Below, in pieces: positions 10,781 through 19,528 of a stretch of DNA of 64,000 nucleotides. A program made the translations under genes and the position numbers. This DNA comes from Acidilobaceae archaeon (GTDB lineage: Archaea; Thermoproteota; Thermoprotei_A; Sulfolobales; Acidilobaceae): assembly GCA_038824665.1 (NCBI GenBank), contig JAWBBK010000001.1, forward strand, positions 128,001 to 192,000, in the 5' to 3' direction. The notes under the pieces are model-generated. The model was not told where the DNA came from. It searched no databases and saw only the letters and a program-made list of their open reading frames with translations. Each line of letters begins with the position of its first letter. Within the stretch, counting starts at the first letter, position 1.

Positions 10781-11811
10781 AGAATTCTCACCAACAAGGA
10801 TCTGAACTTATCGATATCGCCATTAGTTTGAACTAACATTTCCATTCTGTCTATCAGCTTCGGCAGAAGACTCTCGGCATACTCAAATCCGTCCTTAAAG
10901 CTCTTAACGATATCGGCTACATATAGCGCTAAAGCTGTATTCATTCCTATAAATGTTTTAGCATCTCTATCTAGTCCTCTAGCGGCTCTCAAGATTCTGA
11001 TCGCAGAATCTTCAACGCTAGATGCCGTGAGTTGCGTTATAGGTATTCTCTTTACTCCAAAGTCCTCCGGCTGTAATGTATAGTATTCAATTTTGGATCT
11101 CTTGACTTCATATACATGCGTTAGACCTGAGGGGCTCGCCTCATCAATACCAGGCTCACCATGTACAACGAGTACTTTCTCGAAATCTAGGCGAGCGGCA
11201 GCTTCAGCTATAATAGGAGCAAAAGATTTTGAAAAAACGCCGACAACCTGTCTTTTTGTTCCTGCAGGGTTCGTTAAAGGACCTAATATATTGAATATTG
11301 TTCTTATTCCTAACGTCTTCCGTATTGGTGCGACTCTCTTCATGGCTGGATGATATAGAGGCGCAAATAGGAATACAAAACCAGTTTTACTTATTAGTTC
11401 AATAGCTTTATCAGGCTCTATTTCTATCCTATAACCAAGAAATTCTAAGACGTCTGCTGAACCGCTTTTACCGCTTACAGCTCTGTTTCCGTGCTTAGCG
11501 ACTGGATAGACAATTGATGTGAGTACTGCCGAAGCTGTACTGACATTTAGTGTTCCGATACCATCTCCACCCGTTCCAACAATATCTATAGCGTAGCTAC
11601 AAGGTATTTTCAGAGACTTCATCCTCATAGCTTTAGCGAAACCGACTATTTCATCAACAGATTCTCCTCGAATCCTTAAAGCTACGAGAATAGCTGAGAT
11701 AACGACTTCCGGTATCTCTCCGTCCATAATGCTTAGCGCTATAGACATAGAATCTTCTTCGCTAAGTCTTTCTCCATTAACTAATTTGTTCAGTATTGCT
11801 CTATAGTCCAT
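10777..11811 (-). CDS. trpD: Anthranilate phosphoribosyltransferase
   Basis: DIVGTGGDG, NVST, KHGNR.VSGKSGSAD, RTIFNILGPLTNP. Confidence 0.95.
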   Translation of the reverse strand: MDYRAILNKLVNGERLSEEDSMSIALSIMDGEIPEVVISAILVALRIRGESVDEIVGFAKAMRMKSLKIPCSYAIDIVGTGGDGIGTLNVSTASAVLTSIVYPVAKHGNRAVSGKSGSADVLEFLGYRIEIEPDKAIELISKTGFVFLFAPLYHPAMKRVAPIRKTLGIRTIFNILGPLTNPAGTKRQVVGVFSKSFAPIIAEAAARLDFEKVLVVHGEPGIDEASPSGLTHVYEVKRSKIEYYTLQPEDFGVKRIPITQLTASSVEDSAIRILRAARGLDRDAKTFIGMNTALALYVADIVKSFKDGFEYAESLLPKLIDRMEMLVQTNGDIDKFRSLLVRIL

Positions 11812-12532
11812 CTAACGCACCCCTAGCGATTTTGACGATTCTTAACGCCTGATCTAATCTACCGCTTTCTAGAGCTTCGACGATAGCTGTACCGATAGCG
11901 ATACCGTCAGCGCCGGCTTCCATGACCTTAGCTATATCGTTTATCGATAAACCGAACCCAACAACAAGGGTATTACTGACGAGCTTTCTAACTCTTTTCA
12001 CTAAGACGACAGGGTCTATAGGTATCGGTATGCCTGTAGCCGGTCTTAAGCCATAATATAGGAACGGCTGACTCAGTGGAGACACTTCAGCTATGAGTTT
12101 ATCAGGCATAGAAGGGGATACGAACAAAGTTGCTTTCAGTCCACAGTTCTCAATCTCTTTGATTATGTCTCGATATCTCTCGAAGTAATCTATGAGCAGA
12201 TCTGGAAAGAGGACGTAATCTATGTCAAGCATGTGTAGGTTTTCAATAAACGCTCTTAGATTCTTTATGTGGTCATCGAGATATGTCAAAACCGCTAGAG
12301 GGGCATCTATGCTTTTTCGAGTAGCTTTGAGCACTTCCCATATATCTACACCAGAACTCTTAACGTAGTCATAACTTCTCCGTATTACCGGACCATCGTA
12401 TTTAGCGAATCTAGGTGGGACTCCTAACTCAAAGAAATCGGTTCCCATGTCTCTTGCTTCTTTTAAGAATGATAAGAACTTATCTACAGATGGAAATCCC
12501 AAGGTGTTATAGACTACGAGATATTTACCCAT
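11801..12532 (-). CDS. trpA: Tryptophan synthase alpha chain
   Basis: ELGVPPRFAKYDGPVIR, VVGFG, GADGIAIGTAIV; operon context. Confidence 0.92.
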   Translation of the reverse strand: MGKYLVVYNTLGFPSVDKFLSFLKEARDMGTDFFELGVPPRFAKYDGPVIRRSYDYVKSSGVDIWEVLKATRKSIDAPLAVLTYLDDHIKNLRAFIENLHMLDIDYVLFPDLLIDYFERYRDIIKEIENCGLKATLFVSPSMPDKLIAEVSPLSQPFLYYGLRPATGIPIPIDPVVLVKRVRKLVSNTLVVGFGLSINDIAKVMEAGADGIAIGTAIVEALESGRLDQALRIVKIARGALDGL

Positions 12533-12554
12533 GTGCCCACCTCTAGGCGTTTTA

Positions 12555-13850
12555 TTAAGTCAACTCCTTTCCATATCTGATCATCATAGATCTGTAATTC
12601 TCTATGTCTAGCAGTCCGTGACCGCTCATATTGAATAATATAACTGATTTCTCATTTCTCTTCTTTGCCTCTAAGGCAATATCTATAACTATCTTGACGG
12701 CATGAGCAGATTCCGGTGCGGGCACTATTCCTTGTGTTTCTGCAAAAACCCTGGCTGCTCTATAGACATCTTTTTCGCTGACTTCAGCATATTCGACGAT
12801 TCCTTCTTTAGCTAGCAGGCTTAAGCTTGGCGCCAACCCGTGATATCTTAATCCACCAGAATAGATAGGTGGCGGTATGAAATCTTTGCCTAACGTGATC
12901 ATTTTAAGGAGAGGCAGGGTTCCTGCAGCGTCTGGATAATCGTAAGTGTATATACCTTTGCTAAACTTAGGTACTTCTGCTGAAGCTACGGCAATAAATT
13001 TCTTGTTTTTGTTTCTAAGCCCTATATACGGATAAGCTAGCCCACCAAAATTGCTTCCGCCACCCACACAAGCTACAATTATGTCAGGCTCTTCACCTAT
13101 AATCTCCATTTGCTTAATGCTCTCCAAACCTATAACGGTTTGGTGAAGTAGAACTACATCTAGAACGCTACCTATAACATATTTGTATTCATGACTAAGC
13201 GCATACTCTATAGCTTCGCTTATAGCTATTCCAAGAGACCCAGGATTCTCGGGATCTTTGCTAAGTATCTCTCTACCGAAGTTCGTTAATTTTGATGGAC
13301 TGGGAACCACTTCTGCTCCATAGAACTCCATGAGAGCTCTTCTAGCAGGCTTATGATCATAACTAACTCTAACCATAAATATAGTCGATCCAATTCTATA
13401 CAGAGATGCAGCTAATGCAACAGCAGAACCCCATTGACCTGCACCAGTTTCTGTCACGACTCTTTCAATACCTTCAATGTAAGCATAATACACCTGCGGT
13501 ATGGCCGTATTGATCTTGTGGGAACCTGTAGGCAGAACTCCCTCATATTTAAAGTATATTTTGGCTGGAGTATTTAGATATCGCTCTAACCCTATAGCTC
13601 TATAAAGAGGTGTAGGTCTACCGACAACTCTATATTTCTCTAAAACGTCTTCAGGGATCTTCACATATCGCTCGATTGTAAACTGTTGCTTTAAAACCTC
13701 TTTGGGCACGATTTTTTGAAGTAGCTCTATTCGAGAAGAACCATCTTCTGGATCCATTGGCGGTGGTAACGGTTTAGACAGATCCGGTATAATGTTATAC
13801 CAGTAGCTAGGTAGGATTTCATCTAGATGCTTTTTAGGTATATCTACCAT
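12555..13850 (-). CDS. trpB: Tryptophan synthase beta chain, type 2 (operon-internal TrpB2)
   Basis: [16 protein letters not shown] (PLP lysine), [33 protein letters not shown]. Confidence 0.95.
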   Translation of the reverse strand: MVDIPKKHLDEILPSYWYNIIPDLSKPLPPPMDPEDGSSRIELLQKIVPKEVLKQQFTIERYVKIPEDVLEKYRVVGRPTPLYRAIGLERYLNTPAKIYFKYEGVLPTGSHKINTAIPQVYYAYIEGIERVVTETGAGQWGSAVALAASLYRIGSTIFMVRVSYDHKPARRALMEFYGAEVVPSPSKLTNFGREILSKDPENPGSLGIAISEAIEYALSHEYKYVIGSVLDVVLLHQTVIGLESIKQMEIIGEEPDIIVACVGGGSNFGGLAYPYIGLRNKNKKFIAVASAEVPKFSKGIYTYDYPDAAGTLPLLKMITLGKDFIPPPIYSGGLRYHGLAPSLSLLAKEGIVEYAEVSEKDVYRAARVFAETQGIVPAPESAHAVKIVIDIALEAKKRNEKSVILFNMSGHGLLDIENYRSMMIRYGKELT

Positions 13851-13858
13851 TGGCTCAT
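13844..13858 (-). promoter_or_regulatory. Candidate trp leader micro-ORF M-S-Q-W-stop overlapping the trpB start
   Basis: Minus strand GGGGATTGAT-ATG AGC CAA TGG TAG; the TGG TAG overlaps ATG GTA G of trpB. Confidence 0.45.
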
Positions 13859-13895
13859 ATCAATCCCCGGCCACAGTTTCCCATATTTTTCCCAC

Positions 13896-13910
13896 CTATT
13901 AAACTTTGCG
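13896..13910 (-). promoter_or_regulatory. BRE/TATA promoter of the trp operon
   Basis: CGCAAAG-TTTAATAG about 45 nt upstream of the trpB ATG. Confidence 0.55.
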
Positions 13911-14404
13911 CACAATTTGATATGGATAATTGGGTATTTAGTCTAAGAGGTTACTGTTTAGCGCCTTTTGTTAGTGTTTCTCTACAGATATAATGTAGCC
14001 TAATAGGTCCAAGTCTAACGCTTAACTATGAGGAGTCTCCATATCTACATGGATTTCAGAGGTGTGCGAAGAGTTCAACAGTGCTACCTCTATCGGTCTT
14101 TCTACATTTCAAAGGTCATATCGCTCTGCTAGATCATATATCGATAAGGAGAAGATTTCGGTTCTGGACGTTTCTCCTAACGGAACTTTGTGGAAGCACG
14201 CTTTCTTAGAAAACTTCCCATAATACACAGCTGTGGGTTGAGTTCCTAGCTGAGGGGTTGTTTCAAACTCTGTGGAGCCATCACGATGGCTCTAGACAGG
14301 AACTTGTCGGTTTAGCAGTCTTAATAGGTTTCTCACGGTCCATAGACCCGAAAAACGTCGAAAGCGTCTAAAGAGACTAGGAGTACAGAAGAGGTAGTTA
14401 TTAA

Positions 14405-14635
14405 ATGAAGCAAAAACAGAAGAAGCCAAAGGACCAGCTGTTCATTATTCTTATAATGTTAAAGGTAGCTTTGACGCTGGTTTTAGCGGTTGCAGGAACT
14501 CTCCTAGCTGTACTCGGCAGTGAGGTAAGGTCCTCAGTTTTGATCGTAGTTGGCTTTATCATCATCGCTTTTTCTCCTGTTCTATCATACGTGCTTATTC
14601 ACATGATTTTGGTCAAGAGGCTTTATGGTTTGTGA
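14405..14635 (+). CDS. Small membrane protein (2 TM)
   Basis: Basic N-terminus, two hydrophobic helices, GAGGT upstream. Confidence 0.6.
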   Translation: MKQKQKKPKDQLFIILIMLKVALTLVLAVAGTLLAVLGSEVRSSVLIVVGFIIIAFSPVLSYVLIHMILVKRLYGL

Positions 14636-14649
14636 GGAGAGAATAGACG

Positions 14650-14706
14650 GGACGCGGGGAGCGCGGCTCCAAAGCCCCGCATCCTGGGCCGCTAGACGAC
14701 CCGGCT
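14650..14706 (-). tRNA. Split tRNA-Gln(TTG) 5' half (exon 14706-14669) plus complementary trailer (14668-14650)
   Basis: Minus strand AGCCGGG TC GTCT AGCGGCCCA GGAT G CGGGG CT TTG G, then AGCCGCGCTCCCCGCGTCC; no T-arm follows; TTTTAA box at 14739-14734. Confidence 0.92.
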
Positions 14707-14796
14707 ACCGATTCTAGACCGCTTCTAGGACGCTTAAAAGCTTGAAGTTTAAAAGACGATCTAGAACACGAGAGCTGAAAAAGAGGTACATAGGTC

Positions 14797-15762
14797 TTGA
14801 AGAAAGTAGAGTTCGTGAGAAGAGTACAGCTTTTGGGTAAGTCTACCTATGCTGTGACCCTACCTAAAGAATGGGCTAGACTTCACGGACTTACGAGAGG
14901 CTCAAAGGTATTTATGGAGGTCATGTCTGACGGGAGTCTGAGGATTAAGCTCGCTCCGTTATTGCATGAGTATAGAGCCAGCAGATACATAAAGTTCTCT
15001 TCGAACGAAGAAGCAGACCAGGTATTCTTTGAGGTCGCTTCTGCTCTAATATCGGGTTACGACTTTGTGATCGTATCATTCAATGAACTAACGTCTAGCT
15101 ATATCAAAGCCTTTTGTGACAAACTGTCTCGTCTAGTTCCAGGACTTCAGGTCGAACAGGAAGGTTTTGAGGTTAAGATCTCAACTTTAGGAGAGAGGAG
15201 TTCAAGAACTCTCGAAACACGTGTATCGTTAGTTGTAAAGCTCTTAGCTGAGGCTTTGAAGTCTCCAGACAAGCTGTCCTTAGCTGTGCTGGCTTTTAGT
15301 GACTTCAGGAAGACAGTAATAGAGTATGAGCTTCACAAAAGGTCTAGCCTTATATCAGGCGTTCATGAACTTCCGCTCGTGAGTCTACGTAGCCTCTCCG
15401 TTATTCTTCATCAAATCAAAGACTTGACAGTTGCGTATAGAACTCTCAGGCTTGTTGCCGAAAGTCCCAAAACAGAAAGAAAGGCTTTGGATTCGATAGA
15501 AGTGGTTGGAAGTCTGCTAGCAGATCTCTTTTGGTCAATAATAAAGGTCTTCAATAACCCTTCTGAAGAAACGTACAGAGGAGTTCTGAGAGCGTACTCA
15601 AAATTGGTCAAAGAGATTGAGAAGTCGCGAGAGTTCTGTAGCGAAGAGATCAAAGCTCATCTCGAGAACATTCTCGTAGGTTTAGAGGATTTAATGCTAG
15701 AACTAGGAATTTATGTCTCAGTTTTAAAGATTGCGAGCGCTAGTTTTGAAGACACTTCTTAA
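14797..15762 (+). CDS. AbrB-domain/PhoU-like regulator
   Basis: N-terminal RRVQLLGKSTYAVTLPKEW..G is typical of archaeal AbrB-PhoU proteins; helical C-terminus. Confidence 0.75.
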   Translation: MKKVEFVRRVQLLGKSTYAVTLPKEWARLHGLTRGSKVFMEVMSDGSLRIKLAPLLHEYRASRYIKFSSNEEADQVFFEVASALISGYDFVIVSFNELTSSYIKAFCDKLSRLVPGLQVEQEGFEVKISTLGERSSRTLETRVSLVVKLLAEALKSPDKLSLAVLAFSDFRKTVIEYELHKRSSLISGVHELPLVSLRSLSVILHQIKDLTVAYRTLRLVAESPKTERKALDSIEVVGSLLADLFWSIIKVFNNPSEETYRGVLRAYSKLVKEIEKSREFCSEEIKAHLENILVGLEDLMLELGIYVSVLKIASASFEDTS

Positions 15763-15809
15763 TTTAATCACTTCTTAACTCAATGTTGGGGTCTTCAGAC
15801 TAACGATTT

Positions 15810-17201
15810 TCAATGAAAATCTACCACCTTTATTATGTCGGAATTCTCTAACCTTTCCGCCTTCAAGTATCTATACGATACCTCTCTGAGGTCTTGGTTA
15901 TTTCCATGGATCATTACGGTGTGGAGCCTTGCGTTCGCTTTAGAGAGAGCGCTTTTTACGACGTTTACATTGATTTTATCCTCTCCATCTGAGATCAAAA
16001 TGATATCGCTAACTCCTTTAGTTTCTCTACCTTTAACTATATCGTTGCAGGCGATAAGTACGGCTCTCATTATATCGGTACCGCCTCCGGCAGTTACTTT
16101 GGCCAAGCTGAGAAGAGCTCTGACCACCTCAGAGGCGTAAGGGTTGCTTTTCACTTTAGTCAGTTCGTAAGGAACGGAGTCAAAATATCTTGCGTAAAAA
16201 GCTCTAGACTCTCCAATAGCTCTTTTAAGTAGAGCTACAGCTACAGCTCGAGCCCAGTCTATCTTCTCTCCCACCATGCTTCCACTTTTATCTAACAGGA
16301 CATAGATGGGACCTCTCGATACCTCTTCATGTTTTGAGTACAAAAGCAGTCTCGATTCAGCAAACGCGATCATAAAGTACGTTGAAGGTAACGCTAGTTG
16401 AGAGTAGTGCAGTCTCTCGAGGTCGCTACCTATTTCTATTCCTTCAGCCCAACCTTTCCTAAATCTGATTTTCTTTCCCTTAACGCCGGGGATGTCCAGA
16501 CCTTCTATTCTCTCTAATATCTTAGCTATGTCCGTTAGTCTCGCTAATTTAAGCACCTCTTCTGCTGAATCTTCAAAGCTAAGAACGGATCCCGTACCGG
16601 CCAGTTTGGAGAGAAGTTCTGATTTAATCTTCTTGGCGGTTTCGGTATCTCTTAGAGCCTGGTCTAAAGCTTCGTTTAATACATCCTCCAGACTATCTAG
16701 AGCGTCTCCTTCTCCGTCGCTTTTCAAACCAGAGCGGTCTTTTGACGAATTTTTTTCGTCACTCTCATTTTCGCTTGAGTCTTTTCTTCCAAATCCTTTC
16801 TCGCTTAGAAAGTGAACGAGTTTATCAAGTATTGAGGCAGCGGCTACAGTACTGACTAGGCTGTCAGCAACAGTATAGACTCTTATACGGTGTAGTTTGG
16901 GATTTTTCAGCAATTGGGCAATTATGTTATATCTTTCTATATATTCATCATCATGTTCCTCATTCTCTTCACTTTCCTCTAACATTGGAATCGGTAGGTT
17001 AAGAACGTAAAAGAGGTCTGTAGCTAGCTCAGGTCTGAGGAGACCGCGTCCTTCAATAGCGTTCTCTTTGGGTGAGAGATCTCCACGAAGAGTGTTCCTG
17101 AGTTCAATAACTGTACGAATTACTCTCTCTCCTCTATACATCTTCAGCTCGTCTAGAACTCCTACACCCATTACAGTGCTTTTCTTAAACCTCAATGACA
17201 A
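15810..17201 (-). CDS. VWA domain protein (ViaA-like partner of MoxR ATPase)
   Basis: MIDAS DKSGS, GGGTD, ISDGED. Confidence 0.85.
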   Translation of the reverse strand: MSLRFKKSTVMGVGVLDELKMYRGERVIRTVIELRNTLRGDLSPKENAIEGRGLLRPELATDLFYVLNLPIPMLEESEENEEHDDEYIERYNIIAQLLKNPKLHRIRVYTVADSLVSTVAAASILDKLVHFLSEKGFGRKDSSENESDEKNSSKDRSGLKSDGEGDALDSLEDVLNEALDQALRDTETAKKIKSELLSKLAGTGSVLSFEDSAEEVLKLARLTDIAKILERIEGLDIPGVKGKKIRFRKGWAEGIEIGSDLERLHYSQLALPSTYFMIAFAESRLLLYSKHEEVSRGPIYVLLDKSGSMVGEKIDWARAVAVALLKRAIGESRAFYARYFDSVPYELTKVKSNPYASEVVRALLSLAKVTAGGGTDIMRAVLIACNDIVKGRETKGVSDIILISDGEDKINVNVVKSALSKANARLHTVMIHGNNQDLREVSYRYLKAERLENSDIIKVVDFH

Positions 17202-17205
17202 CCCC

Positions 17206-18441
17206 TTAGCTAAGTTTAGAGTTTATTACATCAAGCAATTCGTCTATGCTGTCTAAAATCTCGGAGTAAATCCTTCTAACCTCTTCATCCTCTTCGAAGT
17301 CTTTAACTAAGCTTACGACTCTGTTCCTTGCACTTCTCAGACTTCTGCTATAGTCTATGAGGCGAGGATCGAAGGGAGGTAGACTTCTGATCTTATTAGT
17401 AGCCAGCTTGACGTTAGCTTTGATCTCACTGAGTTCTCTTAAAACTCTATCCTTAGTCTTCAGTTCGTCCATGAGTATTACGGTTATCTTTTCGAAGTCT
17501 TCAATAGTTTTTGGCGCAACATATTTTATAACGATCAGGTCGTCAACAGAAGCGGAGATCCTTCCATTGATTACTGCGTGAGCGGCTATGACCTTCATGA
17601 GCTTTCCCTTTCTTCTATCCGTTAGATGTATGCTCTTTGATTCCAAGGCTAAGAGTAACTTGAGGATGTGATTTTTCACGTTCTCTAGATTTACTGAAAG
17701 CACAATCTTGTTGATGTTCTTTAAGTCCTCCATAGTCATGAGTGGTTTTGAGGTAGGTATGTCTCCACGCTCTATCTTCCAGCTGGCATCTAGAAGTCTA
17801 GACCAGAGTTCTTGGCTGAGAGGTTTTACATAAGTTCTTAATAAGAACCTATCGTAGAGCGCTTCTGTTTCAGGGTCTTCAGGCACTTTATTGGAGGCTC
17901 CAAAGAGACTCCAAAGCTTTGTCCTTATCTCCACATATCCATCGTATATTACACGTTCCATCATTAAACTCAACAAACAGTTCAGAACCGCGCTACTAGC
18001 GTTGAAGATCTCGTCGAGAAACGCTATCTCGGCTTCTGGTAGTTTGTCTTTAGTGATTCTAACATAAGAACCTTTTAGTAAAGCGTTTACATCAAGAGGT
18101 CCGAAGAGTTCGCTGGGCTCAGTATATTTGGTTAACAGGTACTTGAAGAACTTAGCGTTAAGAAGGTCTGAAGCTCTTCTAACCAAAGCGCTCTTAGCAG
18201 TGCCTGGTTCTCCTATCAAGACAGCGTGCTCTCCTGTGAGAAGCGCTAGAGTTATTAGCAGTACCTCTTCCTGTCTTCCTACAAAGGGAGCTTCGAGTTC
18301 GTTCATAAACTTCCGAATTTTAGCCAAAGCCGAATCAAGAGAACGGCTCATACCTTCAGAGTTCTGTTCCTCCTTAAGATGAGTGGGTTTCAGAGAGCGC
18401 TCTAGACTTTTGTAGGTTTCTGGCTGAAAAACAGACACCAA
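17206..18441 (-). CDS. MoxR-family AAA+ ATPase (RavA-like)
   Basis: GEPGTAKS, TEPSELFGP, FLDEIFNA, ASN..P, ALYDRF; true start probably at MSRSL. Confidence 0.88.
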   Translation of the reverse strand: MVSVFQPETYKSLERSLKPTHLKEEQNSEGMSRSLDSALAKIRKFMNELEAPFVGRQEEVLLITLALLTGEHAVLIGEPGTAKSALVRRASDLLNAKFFKYLLTKYTEPSELFGPLDVNALLKGSYVRITKDKLPEAEIAFLDEIFNASSAVLNCLLSLMMERVIYDGYVEIRTKLWSLFGASNKVPEDPETEALYDRFLLRTYVKPLSQELWSRLLDASWKIERGDIPTSKPLMTMEDLKNINKIVLSVNLENVKNHILKLLLALESKSIHLTDRRKGKLMKVIAAHAVINGRISASVDDLIVIKYVAPKTIEDFEKITVILMDELKTKDRVLRELSEIKANVKLATNKIRSLPPFDPRLIDYSRSLRSARNRVVSLVKDFEEDEEVRRIYSEILDSIDELLDVINSKLS

Positions 18442-18500
18442 CTCACCCCGAACTCTGCTGACTTAATTAAGGATAAACCCAAAGTAATTTAATTTAACTC

Positions 18501-19472
18501 TCAACTAGTCGTGGCGCGTTCTACAAAAGTCTCTACGATAAGAGCTGTCGTTAAAAGAAGCAGGGCCGACCTAGAGAAGTGTGCGTTCTCGCTTAGGATT
18601 TTCATGATTTCTTCGTTTCCTTCTTTTAAAGACTTAAGAATTCTTAGAGCATAGGGAATAGGAAGGAGGGTCAGTAGAGCTACAAGTGGACTCACTATCT
18701 CTTTTATCGTAGATAGCAACAAGGACAACACAAAAATCATCAGTACGAGAAAGTAGCCTATCCACACCTTTTCTTTGAGGAGAATTGGAAGAGTCCTTCT
18801 TCCATACTTGATGTCAACTTTGACATCAGCTAAATGGTTTATATAAAGCGTGATTGTTGAGAGAGCCCCATATGTTGCTCCTAAAAAGATTGCTGATGTG
18901 TGGAGTTCCTTAGTAGCTACGTAGGCACAACCGAGAAACACTAGAACACTCCTCATAAAGGCTCCGAACTCTCCTAGTCCAAGTCTAAGCAGATAGGGAT
19001 CATAGAGCAATATTATCAAGGCTCCAGCGATTACAAACAACAAGAGCACAAGACCGTAGAGAGCGCTAAGATATAGCCCTATAGAAAGGGCAACTATGAA
19101 GGTGAGTGTAGCTAAGACAAAGGCTTCAGTCAAAGAGATCTTCCCTTCAACTAAGATCTTTGTCCCTCCGCTAAAAGGAGTCTTTAAAGTCTCTCTGTCT
19201 AGTCCGCTTTTATAGTCCTGTATTTCGTTGAGAGCGTTTACGCTGAGGTGAGCGAGCGTGACTCCAATAACGGCCAAGATTGATTCAAAAATAATACACT
19301 CTTCTGTTGTTTTACAACCATAGAAAATACCTCCTAAGCCTGCCAGTATAGTGCTAAGAGAGGTCTCAGGTCGCAAAAATCTCCAGTAAACACCGAACTT
19401 TTCTTTCCAGATCGGAATCTTCAGAAAAGATAGAACGATATTGTTTAAACTCTTCTTAATAAGTGATGTCAT
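18501..19472 (-). CDS. UbiA/MenA-family prenyltransferase
   Basis: RPET, NALNEIQDYKSGLD, TPFSGG, NHLADVKVD..GRRTL, multiple TMs. Confidence 0.85.
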   Translation of the reverse strand: MTSLIKKSLNNIVLSFLKIPIWKEKFGVYWRFLRPETSLSTILAGLGGIFYGCKTTEECIIFESILAVIGVTLAHLSVNALNEIQDYKSGLDRETLKTPFSGGTKILVEGKISLTEAFVLATLTFIVALSIGLYLSALYGLVLLLFVIAGALIILLYDPYLLRLGLGEFGAFMRSVLVFLGCAYVATKELHTSAIFLGATYGALSTITLYINHLADVKVDIKYGRRTLPILLKEKVWIGYFLVLMIFVLSLLLSTIKEIVSPLVALLTLLPIPYALRILKSLKEGNEEIMKILSENAHFSRSALLLLTTALIVETFVERATTS

Positions 19473-19528
19473 TTGAGTCCCTTAAAGAACAAATAGTTCA
19501 AGCTTTTTAGTTTGGAGATTTATACACT

